This document shows, one piece after another, positions 38,778-48,104 of a stretch of 64,000 bases of DNA (position 1 is the stretch's first letter; every line of letters begins with the position of its first letter). Source of the DNA: Bacillota bacterium (GTDB lineage Bacteria > Bacillota > DTU025); the NCBI GenBank assembly GCA_050951805.1, contig JBMNJT010000002.1, positions 32,001 through 96,000 on the forward strand, read 5' to 3'. Position numbers and translations under genes: made by a program. Below the pieces are notes generated by a model. That model was not told the origin of the DNA, ran no database searches, and saw only the letters and a program-made list of their open reading frames with translations.

Positions 38778-40016
38778 ATGAGAAGACGAGTTGTGGTTAC
38801 CGGAATGGGGGCAGTGACGCCCGTGGGATGCGGATGGCGTCCTTTCTGGGAGGCCATCAGTTCCGGACAATCAGGCATTCGTCGGATTGAGCGGTTCGAT
38901 CCGAGCACGTGCCCTGCTAAGATTGCAGGGGAGGTGCGCGAGTTTGATCCAGACCGGTATCTTGACCGCAAGGATAGAAAGCGAATGGACAAGTTTGCGC
39001 AATATGCTGCAGTTGCTGCCAGTCAGGCCATGGAGGATGCGGGTTTTGCGGCAGGGGGAGCGCCGGCCCCTGAGCGGCTGGGTGTGGCCTTCAGTTCGGG
39101 CGTGGGAGGTATGGAGACATTCGAAGAGCAGCATAAAAGGCTCATCGAACGTGGACCAGAGTGGGTTAGCCCATTCTTCGTGCCTATGATGATCGCCAAC
39201 ATGGCGGCCGGCAATATTGCCATCATGTTTAACGCAAAAGGTCCAAGCGAATGTCAGACAACTGCCTGCGCGGCGTCGTCGCACAGCATTGCCGACGCCT
39301 ACAGGCTCATAGCAGAGGGACGGGCTGATGCCATGATAGCAGGGGGCGCCGAAGCTGCGATCACTCCGCTTGCCATGGCTGGATTTGCCAACATGCAGGC
39401 CCTATCCCGAAGTGAGGATCCTCAAGCTGCGCCATGTCCTTTCGATCGGCGGCGCGACGGATTCGTGATGGGCGAAGGATCTGGCGCATTAATACTGGAG
39501 GAGCTTGACTCTGCATTGGCCCGAGGGGCTAGGATATATGCTGAGATCATAGGTTGCGGGTTTTCCACAGATGCGCACCATATTACCAGTCCTCCTCCTG
39601 GAGGGGAGGGAGCGGCTCGCGCCATGCAAGAGGCGCTTCATGACGCGTCATTGGCGCCCGGCGATATCGACTACATCAACGCCCACGGCACAGGGACGCC
39701 GTACAATGATCTTTATGAAACCCAAGCTATCAAGGCAGTCTTCGGAGACGATGCCTATCGGCTCGCGGTGAGCTCGACGAAGTCCATGACCGGGCACCTG
39801 TTGGGCGCGGCAGGCGCAGTGGAGGCTATTGCCTGTGTAGGCGCGATCACAGAAGGCTTTGTGCCGCCGACGATCAACTACCTGGAGCCCGACCCCGAAT
39901 GCGACCTCGATTACGTGGCAAACGAAGGACGAAAGATGGAGGTTCGCAGAGCCATGAGCAATTCCTTTGGCTTCGGCGGGCACAACTGCTGCATAGTTTT
40001 TACCCGATGGGAATAG
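38778..40016 (+). CDS. fabF: 3-oxoacyl-ACP synthase II
   Basis: RRVVVTGMG, TACA, NAHGTGT, KSMTGHLLG, NSFGFGGHN. Confidence 0.96.
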   Translation: MRRRVVVTGMGAVTPVGCGWRPFWEAISSGQSGIRRIERFDPSTCPAKIAGEVREFDPDRYLDRKDRKRMDKFAQYAAVAASQAMEDAGFAAGGAPAPERLGVAFSSGVGGMETFEEQHKRLIERGPEWVSPFFVPMMIANMAAGNIAIMFNAKGPSECQTTACAASSHSIADAYRLIAEGRADAMIAGGAEAAITPLAMAGFANMQALSRSEDPQAAPCPFDRRRDGFVMGEGSGALILEELDSALARGARIYAEIIGCGFSTDAHHITSPPPGGEGAARAMQEALHDASLAPGDIDYINAHGTGTPYNDLYETQAIKAVFGDDAYRLAVSSTKSMTGHLLGAAGAVEAIACVGAITEGFVPPTINYLEPDPECDLDYVANEGRKMEVRRAMSNSFGFGGHNCCIVFTRWE

Positions 40017-40026
40017 GCAGAATCGG

Positions 40027-40551
40027 ATGAATCGGACGGAGGCGAAGGAAATGGGTGAGACGGGCCAGTTGCGTTCGCTAGATGATGCGCTTGCATTACT
40101 CCCCCATAAAGACCCATTTGTATTTGTTGACGAGATCGTCTATTTGGAGCCCGGAGTCAAGGCTGTAGGGATCAAAAGGGTCAGGCCGGACGAATTTTGG
40201 GTGCCTGGGCATTTTCCAGATCGGCCGACCATGCCAGGGGTGTTGATAATAGAGGCCATGGCGCAGGTGGGTGCAGTGGCGCTGTTGGCTAAAGACGTAG
40301 ACGGTGTTAGGAAGAACCCCAAAGAGAGCGCGAAGGGGCGGCGCCTGTTGCCCTTGTTTGCGGGAGTGGACAAAGCCAGGTTCCGCCGACCGGTCCGTCC
40401 GGGAGATTCACTCGCTCTGGAAACGGAATTGCTGGGCACATGGGGCAATTTCGGCCGTGCGCGTTCCATCGCACAGCTGACAGACGGCAGCCCTGTTGCA
40501 GAGGCAGAACTCATGTTTGCACTGGGAGATTTGGATGGAGGAGATCTATGA
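40027..40551 (+). CDS. fabZ: 3-hydroxyacyl-ACP dehydratase
   Basis: LPHKDPFVFVD, GHFP.RPTMPGVLIIEAMAQ, FRRPVRPGD. Confidence 0.94.
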   Translation: MNRTEAKEMGETGQLRSLDDALALLPHKDPFVFVDEIVYLEPGVKAVGIKRVRPDEFWVPGHFPDRPTMPGVLIIEAMAQVGAVALLAKDVDGVRKNPKESAKGRRLLPLFAGVDKARFRRPVRPGDSLALETELLGTWGNFGRARSIAQLTDGSPVAEAELMFALGDLDGGDL

Positions 40552-40922
40552 GGGTCCCGTGCTATTCTGCGTTCTGATGGATGTGCCATGTGGATTTTCG
40601 CTTGCAAGATTGATGGAGAGGGCATTGCGTAGCATTTGCTGAGAGCCACCGCCGGTTGGGCGAGAAGAGTAGAGACCAGATTGGGCTCGACGCCTGTTTG
40701 GAGTGTGAATTCAGATTCCCGTGACTCGTCGACAGAGAAGATAAGGCAGTTTCCTATTGCGTTGGCCTGTTGTACTTTTCGGACAGGCTCTGGCCGCGCA
40801 AAGATCCGCATATTCGAAGAGAGAGTGTATAGTCTGTCCCCTCGAAGAGGCACCCCTTTCCCGCAAAGTCTGTGCTATACTAAAGGCTGTGCTACAGAAA
40901 GAGAGGTGCCCTATTAGAAGAA

Positions 40923-41702
40923 TTGATCGATTGTCATATGCACTCTGTACATTCACCCGATTCTGACGCCACGATGGACGAAATGTGTGAGGCTGCGATC
41001 GACGCAGGACTACGCGGAATATGTTTCACAGAACATGTCGATTTGGACCCGCACTATTACTCCTATGGCAGTTATGACTACGCTGAAACTATGAAAGATA
41101 CCGCGAGATGCAGAAAAAAATACGGTGACCGCCTGATAATCAAGTCGGGAGTGGAGATCACCTATCTGACTGAGTACGCCGATGATGTCCGACAGTTCCT
41201 TACGGAGCACCAGTTCGATTATGTCCTCGGTTCGATACACATAATCGACCACGTCTTCGTAGGAAGCGAAGAACATTTTATCGGCAAGACTGAGCAGGAA
41301 GCCTATGAGCCTTATTGGCGAGAGATGATTGCCATGATGGAAAGCGGCCTCATCAAGAGAGTAGGCCACATGGATTATATAAAGAATCACAGGCCTAAAG
41401 AGTATGGTCCTTTCGATTTGAAAAAATGGGAGGATTACATCAGGCATATACTCCATTTGGTCGTGGAAAACGGAGCTACTCTCGAGGTCAATACGTCAGC
41501 CATAAGAAGAGGCTTTCCGGAACCCTATCCCAGCTGGGACATACTCGAGCTCTACCGGGAGGTCGGGGGAACGCAGGTGACGATAGGATCGGATGCACAC
41601 AAACCTGACGACATTGGACAGTATTTCGCCGATGTTGCCAAACGCCTAGATGAAATGGGTTTTGTCGTTTGTGGAGAAGAGATCTTCTCCTGTAGGGTCT
41701 GA
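40923..41702 (+). CDS. PHP-family histidinol-phosphatase (HisJ/HisK family)
   Basis: DCHMHS, FTEH, GSIH, GHMD, EVNTS, IGSDAH. Confidence 0.85.
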   Translation: MIDCHMHSVHSPDSDATMDEMCEAAIDAGLRGICFTEHVDLDPHYYSYGSYDYAETMKDTARCRKKYGDRLIIKSGVEITYLTEYADDVRQFLTEHQFDYVLGSIHIIDHVFVGSEEHFIGKTEQEAYEPYWREMIAMMESGLIKRVGHMDYIKNHRPKEYGPFDLKKWEDYIRHILHLVVENGATLEVNTSAIRRGFPEPYPSWDILELYREVGGTQVTIGSDAHKPDDIGQYFADVAKRLDEMGFVVCGEEIFSCRV

Positions 41703-41788
41703 CAACAGCATATGTACCCATAGCGCCGGCGCAGACTGTGGGCGGCACGCATATGGTGCAGTGGACTCTATCCAGGGGAGTGATCTCA

Positions 41789-42700
41789 ATGCCAGATGAT
41801 AGGGAAGAGTCAGGAATGCGCCAGGCGCCGCAGTGCCCTGGCGGGTTCCTATACCAGATCAGATCTGGTGATACCCTCTACGCGCTTGCGGGCCGTTACG
41901 GGACAACAGTAGAAGCTATAACAAGGGCCAACCCAGGTATAGACCCTAACAGCCTCCGCGTTGGGCAGCTTATCTGCATCCCGGTTGCCGCGGCTCCGCC
42001 CGGACCGCCTGCAGGGGCTTGTCCAGCTGGATCCACGCCTTATGTAATCCGCTCGGGAGACACTTTCTACAGTATTGCTCGGCGCTTTAACACCACCGTT
42101 GCTGCTCTTACTGCAGCCAACCCGCGCGTAAACCCGAACAACCTCCGTGTCGGCCAGTTGGTATGCATCCCAACTGCTCCGCCGCCAACTGCGGCTTGTC
42201 CGCCGGGTTCTACGCCCTACGCAATTCGCTCGGGCGATACGTTTTACAGGATTGCCCAAAGGGCGGGAATTAGTGTAAGCGCTCTAGTTGCGGCCAACCC
42301 GGGCGTCGATCCCAATAGACTCCGCGTGGGCCAGGTCATATGCATTCCAGGCGCACCGCCTCCTAGACGTGTTTCGTGCACGATGAATCTTCTGGCGCCA
42401 GCCGGGAGTCCTGCGCCCGGTGCCACGGGTAGATTGTGGATAGACACGAACGCTGCAGGCAACTTGCAGATAACAGTGGCAGGCGTGGATCTCCCTGCTC
42501 CTGCCACCTTAGGAGCCAACATCTACACTGCAGTATTTTCCGCGGACGGGGTGCGGTTTTCCGTTCCTATGGTCGCTACGGTCGAGGGTCGGTGGACCGG
42601 GACTATGGTTCAGCCGCCTTCAACTGCATTGCTGACGCGCGGGCGCGTGGACATATATCCAGGCCCTGTTTTAAGTGGCCTATTGGCAAATTGCAGGTAG
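41789..42700 (+). CDS. Protein with three LysM domains (SafA-like, possibly spore-associated)
   Basis: Three repeats of Y.IRSGDT.Y..A.R......L..ANP..DPN.LRVGQ.ICIP with Pro/Cys-rich linkers. RBS GGGGAG. Confidence 0.88.
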   Translation: MPDDREESGMRQAPQCPGGFLYQIRSGDTLYALAGRYGTTVEAITRANPGIDPNSLRVGQLICIPVAAAPPGPPAGACPAGSTPYVIRSGDTFYSIARRFNTTVAALTAANPRVNPNNLRVGQLVCIPTAPPPTAACPPGSTPYAIRSGDTFYRIAQRAGISVSALVAANPGVDPNRLRVGQVICIPGAPPPRRVSCTMNLLAPAGSPAPGATGRLWIDTNAAGNLQITVAGVDLPAPATLGANIYTAVFSADGVRFSVPMVATVEGRWTGTMVQPPSTALLTRGRVDIYPGPVLSGLLANCR

Positions 42701-42929
42701 AAGCCTAAACCAGCCTGCGATGCGTGAGATGGTAAGAGCATCGGCCCGCCTCTCGCCCTTTGCGCCCTGAGCGCGGAGGGTGCAGGGGTGGGCCGGCGCG
42801 TTAAGGTCAGCATGTGGACGGAGGAGTCGGTATGGCGCGAGCAGAATCCTTCGGGGCAAGCGAAGTACTGAAAGAGGTCAGGCCGCGCGTTGAAGCGCGG
42901 GGATCGAATTTGGAAAGTGGTGAGTCTGT

Positions 42930-44099
42930 ATGTCGACTTCAGAATACGGCTTTGACTACGCTGATCTGCGCGAATCGATGGTGGAGGAGTTCTGTGAACT
43001 CGTGAGGATCGACGCGGAATCAGGTCAAGAGGCGGAGCTAGCCAGTGTAGTGGCTGCGAAACTGGAGAACTTGGGGTTTGATGTAACGCAGGATGATGCC
43101 GGGAGCAAGTTCGGGGGAAACGCAGGAAACGTTATTGGACGTTTTCCAGGCGTGCCAGGCCTTGAGCCTATTCTGCTTTCCGCCCACCTTGACAGGGTGA
43201 CTCCGGGCAAGGGCATTGTGCCGTCAATCGACGGCGATCGAATTGTGTCGGGGGGAGATACTGTTCTGGCGGCAGACGACCTTGGCGGAGTGGTTGCGAT
43301 TCTTGCCGGTATAAGAATGGCGCGCGCAGCATGCAAGAGATTACCGCCGTTGGAAGTAGTATTTACTGTGAGCGAGGAAAAGGGCCTCAGAGGGGCCAGA
43401 TGCCTCGACTACTCTCAGATACAATCGAAAACGGGCTACATCTTCGATGCCTCGAGCCCGGTAGGCGTGGTTGTCGTTCAAAGCCCTACGCACATCAGTG
43501 TTGATGCAACGATTACGGGTAGAGCAGCCCATGCAGCGGTAAATCCCGAAGGCGGCATAAGCGCGATACGCGTGGCTGCTGAGGCTATCGGTAAGTTCCC
43601 GTTTGGACGAGTCGATGACCGTACGACTGCGAACATCGGTATAATCTCGGGCGGAACGGCCACGAACATCGTCTGCGAGAAGGTCTCGTTCAAAGGAGAA
43701 ATACGCAGTTTGGATACGCAGCGCGCACTCGATCTTGCGAAGGAGGTAGCGGAGCAGATAAAGACTACTGCCGGAGGATATGAGGCTTCGGCGGAGGTCA
43801 CAACTACGGTGGACTACTACGGGTACACCATACCCCGCGATGCCCAAGTGGTGAGGCGAGTCGAAAAGGCGTTGGCTATGTCAGGCCGGGAGGCTGTTTT
43901 AGATTCGACCATGGGCGGCAGCGATGGGAACATATTCAACACCAAGGGCATAGAGAGTGTCGTCATTGGCATGGGGGCCATGGATGTTCATTCGACAAAG
44001 GAAAGTCTGCCCATTTCCGAGCTGGTGGCCGCCGGCGAGCTGGCCAGGAACATTATACTGCTGGCGTCGGGCACGCAGGATGCATCTTTAGCCGACTGA
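42930..44099 (+). CDS. M20-family metallopeptidase (peptidase T-like)
   Basis: SAHLD, LAADD, VSEEKG, GRAAHA, GGSDGN, VHS. Confidence 0.9.
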   Translation: MSTSEYGFDYADLRESMVEEFCELVRIDAESGQEAELASVVAAKLENLGFDVTQDDAGSKFGGNAGNVIGRFPGVPGLEPILLSAHLDRVTPGKGIVPSIDGDRIVSGGDTVLAADDLGGVVAILAGIRMARAACKRLPPLEVVFTVSEEKGLRGARCLDYSQIQSKTGYIFDASSPVGVVVVQSPTHISVDATITGRAAHAAVNPEGGISAIRVAAEAIGKFPFGRVDDRTTANIGIISGGTATNIVCEKVSFKGEIRSLDTQRALDLAKEVAEQIKTTAGGYEASAEVTTTVDYYGYTIPRDAQVVRRVEKALAMSGREAVLDSTMGGSDGNIFNTKGIESVVIGMGAMDVHSTKESLPISELVAAGELARNIILLASGTQDASLAD

Positions 44100-44137
44100 G
44101 CAGCTTCTATTGGCGCTCGGGGCACGTTTTTCGGGGG

Positions 44138-44291
44138 AAAGCTCAGAAGTAGCCTATTGACACGCATTGGACTCGTTTTTGTGAGTTCGGGCCGGTTTAT
44201 GCATTGAGCCTGTCCACAAAAAGGTATCCGCTGGTTCGCCTCAATGGGATGTGTCTGGAAGTTCGCCAGGTTCGTTGACAACCCCCGCTTC
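44138..44291 (-). repeat. Dispersed intergenic repeat, copy B
   Basis: Reverse-complement homolog of 29903-30033 with an extra ~25-nt internal segment. Confidence 0.8.
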
Positions 44292-45159
44292 TCTTCGCAG
44301 CAGACCTTGGCCATCGCCACACACTTGTTGTCCGGGCCTCAAAGGGCAGCCGAGCATTTCAGCGCTCTTTGCGCGACTGTTGAATCGCGCTCGCCATCCG
44401 GCGTAAGGGCTTCAGCCGCTAGGATTTGGTGAGTATCGCGGCTATGTTAGGCGGTGGGTGTGCAAGGCGGGCAAGGGAATAGCCATTGCAAACACTCACC
44501 GCCATTGCCTATAGATGCAGCATATATCTGCAGCTCAGACCTTGGTTGTTTGATCCGGGCAAGATACTTCTTCCAAGCTTAGGCGCTAACCATCTCAGAC
44601 TGCGAGATGGAATCCAGGTTCTTCTCGAACATGGGCCTTGTCATGCCCTTGATTAAGGAGAGGACCGCGGCGCGTGACAGATCTTGCTGCGGTCTGCCAT
44701 AACAGGCACGCCCTGTTGGGAAGGTTTAAGAGCAGCCCTGTGTTGCGAAGATTCCCGCCGAACTGTCTGATGATCGCGTCTACGATGAATACGGCGCATT
44801 AACGGCCACGCGAAAGCAGAACATCTCCTTCACTGACCTAGTGCCCTACTCCTTTCTTCCATGCATCTTCATATATCTCGGGGCCATTCGGGCAGAATCC
44901 GATCGCTCGGGATCATGGAATTCACCTGCTCATTGCGTGTTTTGACTATACTGCACAACCTTTGGCTCTGGTGCATTAGCCCCTCTCTTCAACCGTTTTA
45001 TCTCTGACCCGCCCGCTATCTGCCGAGTGATAACACGAACATGTCAATGAATAGATCTGATATCGGCGTCAAATAACGTGGCGGGCGGCATCGTTCTCGC
45101 GGGGGCTGCTGATGGCCGTGGCGGCGAAGCTGTTCAATTGCACGCCGCGATCGAGAGGG

Positions 45160-46158
45160 ATGAAAGGCATAGTGTTCAAAGCCAGGCTCCTCTGTCCCGG
45201 TCTGCTCATGCTGGTAGTTATCGCCCTTACAATTCCGATGTCGTTCTTCGAGTATGTGCCATGGATGGAGGGGGACATGGCATCGCGGGTAATGGAGCCA
45301 GTATTGGTCTGCGAAGAGATCATCTACAAAGAGATTGGCGAAATGTCATTGGGGTTCGACATCTACAGAAGCAGCGAGATATCGGCCAGCCCTCACATGG
45401 CGCCGGTGGTGGTATATGTCCACGGCGGCGCCTGGATGGTCGGGGACAAACGGAGCGGACTCCGGCTTGCCTGGCCCATGTTGGAAGCGCTCTGCAGCAA
45501 GGGTTTCGTCTTCGTAAGCACCGATTACCGTCTTGCAAACATCTACACCAAATTCCCTGCTCCTGTTGAGGACGTGAGAGACACCGTGCGCTATCTCAAG
45601 AAAAACGCCGATCAACTCGGGATCGATTCCGAGAGGATAGCTCTCATGGGCGTATCGGCCGGCGGACACCTTGCGCTCATGGCGGCGTTGGCGCCGGACG
45701 ATAGTCTCGGAGGCGATCCCGAGCTATGCACGTATTCCGGCAGGGTGCGTGCTGTTGTATCGTGGTGCGGTCCGACAGATTTGCGTATCGAACAGCATCG
45801 CACGCCTATCCGCGAAATTCTGGTTGCAGAGCTTGTGGGTCAACCCTTCCAGAACGACTCGTATCTGTATAGTGCAGCGAGTCCAGCAGCGTATGTCTCC
45901 AGCGCAAGTCCCCCAATTCTCCTTTTGCATTCCGAGGAGGATAGCCTTGTCCCCTATGGGCAGGCGCAATGTATGTACGAACAGGCCATGGTTGTGGGAG
46001 CCGATGTGATGCTGATCAGTATCAAGAATTCGGGACATGTATACAAGAAGATAGATGACAGGGAAATCCAGCCGGGGCTCGAAGATATACTCAAGTTGAT
46101 TGCCGACTACATAGAACGGCAGCTGGGGTTAGCATTTGGCCCCTGCGAGCATCGGTAG
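45160..46158 (+). CDS. Alpha/beta hydrolase (HSL-like esterase) with an N-terminal membrane anchor
   Basis: HGGAW oxyanion motif, GVSAGG nucleophile, D.LVP, GH. Confidence 0.88.
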   Translation: MKGIVFKARLLCPGLLMLVVIALTIPMSFFEYVPWMEGDMASRVMEPVLVCEEIIYKEIGEMSLGFDIYRSSEISASPHMAPVVVYVHGGAWMVGDKRSGLRLAWPMLEALCSKGFVFVSTDYRLANIYTKFPAPVEDVRDTVRYLKKNADQLGIDSERIALMGVSAGGHLALMAALAPDDSLGGDPELCTYSGRVRAVVSWCGPTDLRIEQHRTPIREILVAELVGQPFQNDSYLYSAASPAAYVSSASPPILLLHSEEDSLVPYGQAQCMYEQAMVVGADVMLISIKNSGHVYKKIDDREIQPGLEDILKLIADYIERQLGLAFGPCEHR

Positions 46159-46286
46159 CTTCAAACGGAGCAGGCATTCTGCTGTCAGACGAAAAGGAAT
46201 TCTTCTTGGCGGCGCGAGCTGCCCTGTGATACAATGGTTTTGGGTAAAGCCATAAGATTTGGCTGAGCTATTGACACAACTGAATA

Positions 46287-46431
46287 GGTATGCCTGCGGG
46301 TAGGGTTAACGCCTCAACCTAGGGCTGGTGATTTTTGTGTGTGCCTGTCCGAAGCTTTTGGGGAATGCTTAAAACGGGTTCCTGAAGCTAGGGGGCGCGC
46401 TATCCATCTGTGATATCCGATCTCAAGCACC
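46287..46431 (+). ncRNA. ssrS: 6S-like RNA (long irregular hairpin with a central bulge)
   Basis: 5' GGTATGC pairs with 3' GCACC. Apical arm GTGTGCC/GGCGCGC, AGCTT/AAGCT, TGGGAAT/GTTCCTG. Upstream TG-n-TACAAT promoter and its own terminator. Resembles clostridial 6S sequences from recall (not searched). Confidence 0.55.
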
Positions 46432-46442
46432 AAGGATCATTA

Positions 46443-46468
46443 GCCCGTCCTCGCGACGGGTTTTTTGA
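46443..46468 (+). terminator. Intrinsic terminator
   Basis: GCCCGTC-CTCGC-GACGGGT followed by a T-run. Confidence 0.8.
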
Positions 46469-46585
46469 TTGGTGCACACCTAGCGGAGTCTGGCAACGAG
46501 CCGCTGATCAACGTTCCCTTCCCGAAGGTATTACCTGAGAAAACGTCAGATCTTATCTGACAGTCCCAAAGGAGGTTCAACTGAA

Positions 46586-46891
46586 ATGGCGTGTGAAAAG
46601 CAAGATGGGAGATCCGGCCAGCCAGAGGCCAAGAGAGTGGGTGTAGCCGCCATCATAATTCAGGATCGGCTGAATGCGGCGCCCGCTGTAAACAAGATCC
46701 TGAGCGAATACGGCGAGATCATAGTGGGACGCATGGGCATTCCCTATACAGATAGGCACGTCTCTGTGATTGCCCTCATCGTTGACGGCGACACAGATGC
46801 GATCGGGGCCATGACCGGGAAACTTGGCTCGATCCCCGGGGTCAAAAGTCGCGTCACATTAGTCCCTTCCGACAACGAGAGTGGTGAATGA
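46586..46891 (+). CDS. TM1266-family iron-only hydrogenase system putative regulator
   Basis: KRVGVAAIII...VNKILSEYGEIIVGRMGIPY...GKLG.IPGV. Precedes hydE. Confidence 0.88.
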   Translation: MACEKQDGRSGQPEAKRVGVAAIIIQDRLNAAPAVNKILSEYGEIIVGRMGIPYTDRHVSVIALIVDGDTDAIGAMTGKLGSIPGVKSRVTLVPSDNESGE

Positions 46892-48104
46892 CGCAGATTT
46901 CACAGAGGTTTTGGGGATGGCCATGTCCCATCCTGAAGAGCTTGGCCTCAACGAGGTGATAGCCCTTTTGAACCCTCCGGGACCTGCTCAGGAGATGGCG
47001 CTGTGGCAGGCAGCCCATTCGGTCAGGGTTTCCGTGATGGGCATGTGTGTACACATGAGGGCGATAATCGAGTTCTCAAATTACTGCCGCCAGGATTGCC
47101 TCTATTGCGGCCTCCGCCGGAGCAACAATAGGATTTCGCGGTACAGGATGAGCCCGGACGAGATTGTGGAGGCCGCAATAGAAGCTCACAGCATCCACCC
47201 ATTCGGCACATTCGTGCTGCAGTCGGGGGAGGATCCGGGTTATGCTGCAGATCAACTAGCGGTTGCGGTTCGAAGGATTGCGGAAACTACCGGATCCGCG
47301 GTTACTCTCAGCATTGGGCAGATGCCCGATGAGGATTACCGGGTTCTCAGGGAAGCGGGGGCCGACCGATTTCTCTTAAAGTTCGAGACTAGCGATGAAC
47401 GGCTTTTCCGACAACTGAAGCCCACCACCTCGTTAGAGCATCGCCTTGGATGTCTAAGATCCCTGAGGAGGATGGGGTATCAAGTAGGATCCGGCATTAT
47501 CCTCGGCCTTCCTGGGCAGGATCTCTCTTCTGTTGCGGCCGATCTCTTGCTCTGCCGGGATGAGGATTACGAAATGGTCAGCATAGGGCCGTTCATCCCG
47601 CATCCCGACACTCCGCTGGGCAATGGGGAAAGCGGTGTCGCCGGTGGCAGCCCAAAAGCGGGCTTCGACACCAACGGGACGGAGGCGTCGACAGGGGCGG
47701 CAGTGGGGCCTGGGTTAGCCTCAGTGCGAACAACCATAGATGCCGTAGCTGTGGCCCGTCTTCTCGTTCCGCGTGCCCATATGCCTGCCACTACGGCTCT
47801 TGCGGTTATGGGCGGGAATGATGCTTCGTGGAAAGAGATTGCGCCATCTCCTCGACTGACAGATGCCCGGAGTCTGGCCCTTGTATCTGGCGCAAATGTG
47901 TTGATGTTGGATGTGACTCCAGCGAAGTATCGCGAGTTCTACACGATCTACCCTGGGAAATCTGGAGCCGATGGTGATGTGATTTCGGATTTCGTGAGGC
48001 AGGCAAAAGAGGATATTGACGCTTTGAAGATGACGATTTGCCCTGGCAAGGGCGACAGTCCGAAAATGCCTTGGGGAAGGGGAGGTAAAGGTGTTGACAG
48101 GTAG
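46881..48104 (+). CDS. hydE: [FeFe]-hydrogenase H-cluster maturase HydE (radical SAM)
   Basis: IEFSNYCRQDCLYCG, LQSGED, GPFIPHPDTP, PATTAL, YTIYPGK. Confidence 0.9.
   Translation: MVNDADFTEVLGMAMSHPEELGLNEVIALLNPPGPAQEMALWQAAHSVRVSVMGMCVHMRAIIEFSNYCRQDCLYCGLRRSNNRISRYRMSPDEIVEAAIEAHSIHPFGTFVLQSGEDPGYAADQLAVAVRRIAETTGSAVTLSIGQMPDEDYRVLREAGADRFLLKFETSDERLFRQLKPTTSLEHRLGCLRSLRRMGYQVGSGIILGLPGQDLSSVAADLLLCRDEDYEMVSIGPFIPHPDTPLGNGESGVAGGSPKAGFDTNGTEASTGAAVGPGLASVRTTIDAVAVARLLVPRAHMPATTALAVMGGNDASWKEIAPSPRLTDARSLALVSGANVLMLDVTPAKYREFYTIYPGKSGADGDVISDFVRQAKEDIDALKMTICPGKGDSPKMPWGRGGKGVDR

Noticed and set aside
44440-44900. Minus-strand protein-like fragments (AVLSLIKGMTRPMFEKNLDSIS...)
   Set aside because: Several stops and frameshifts and no recognisable family. 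Too weak to call, and not a transposase for the neighbouring repeat.
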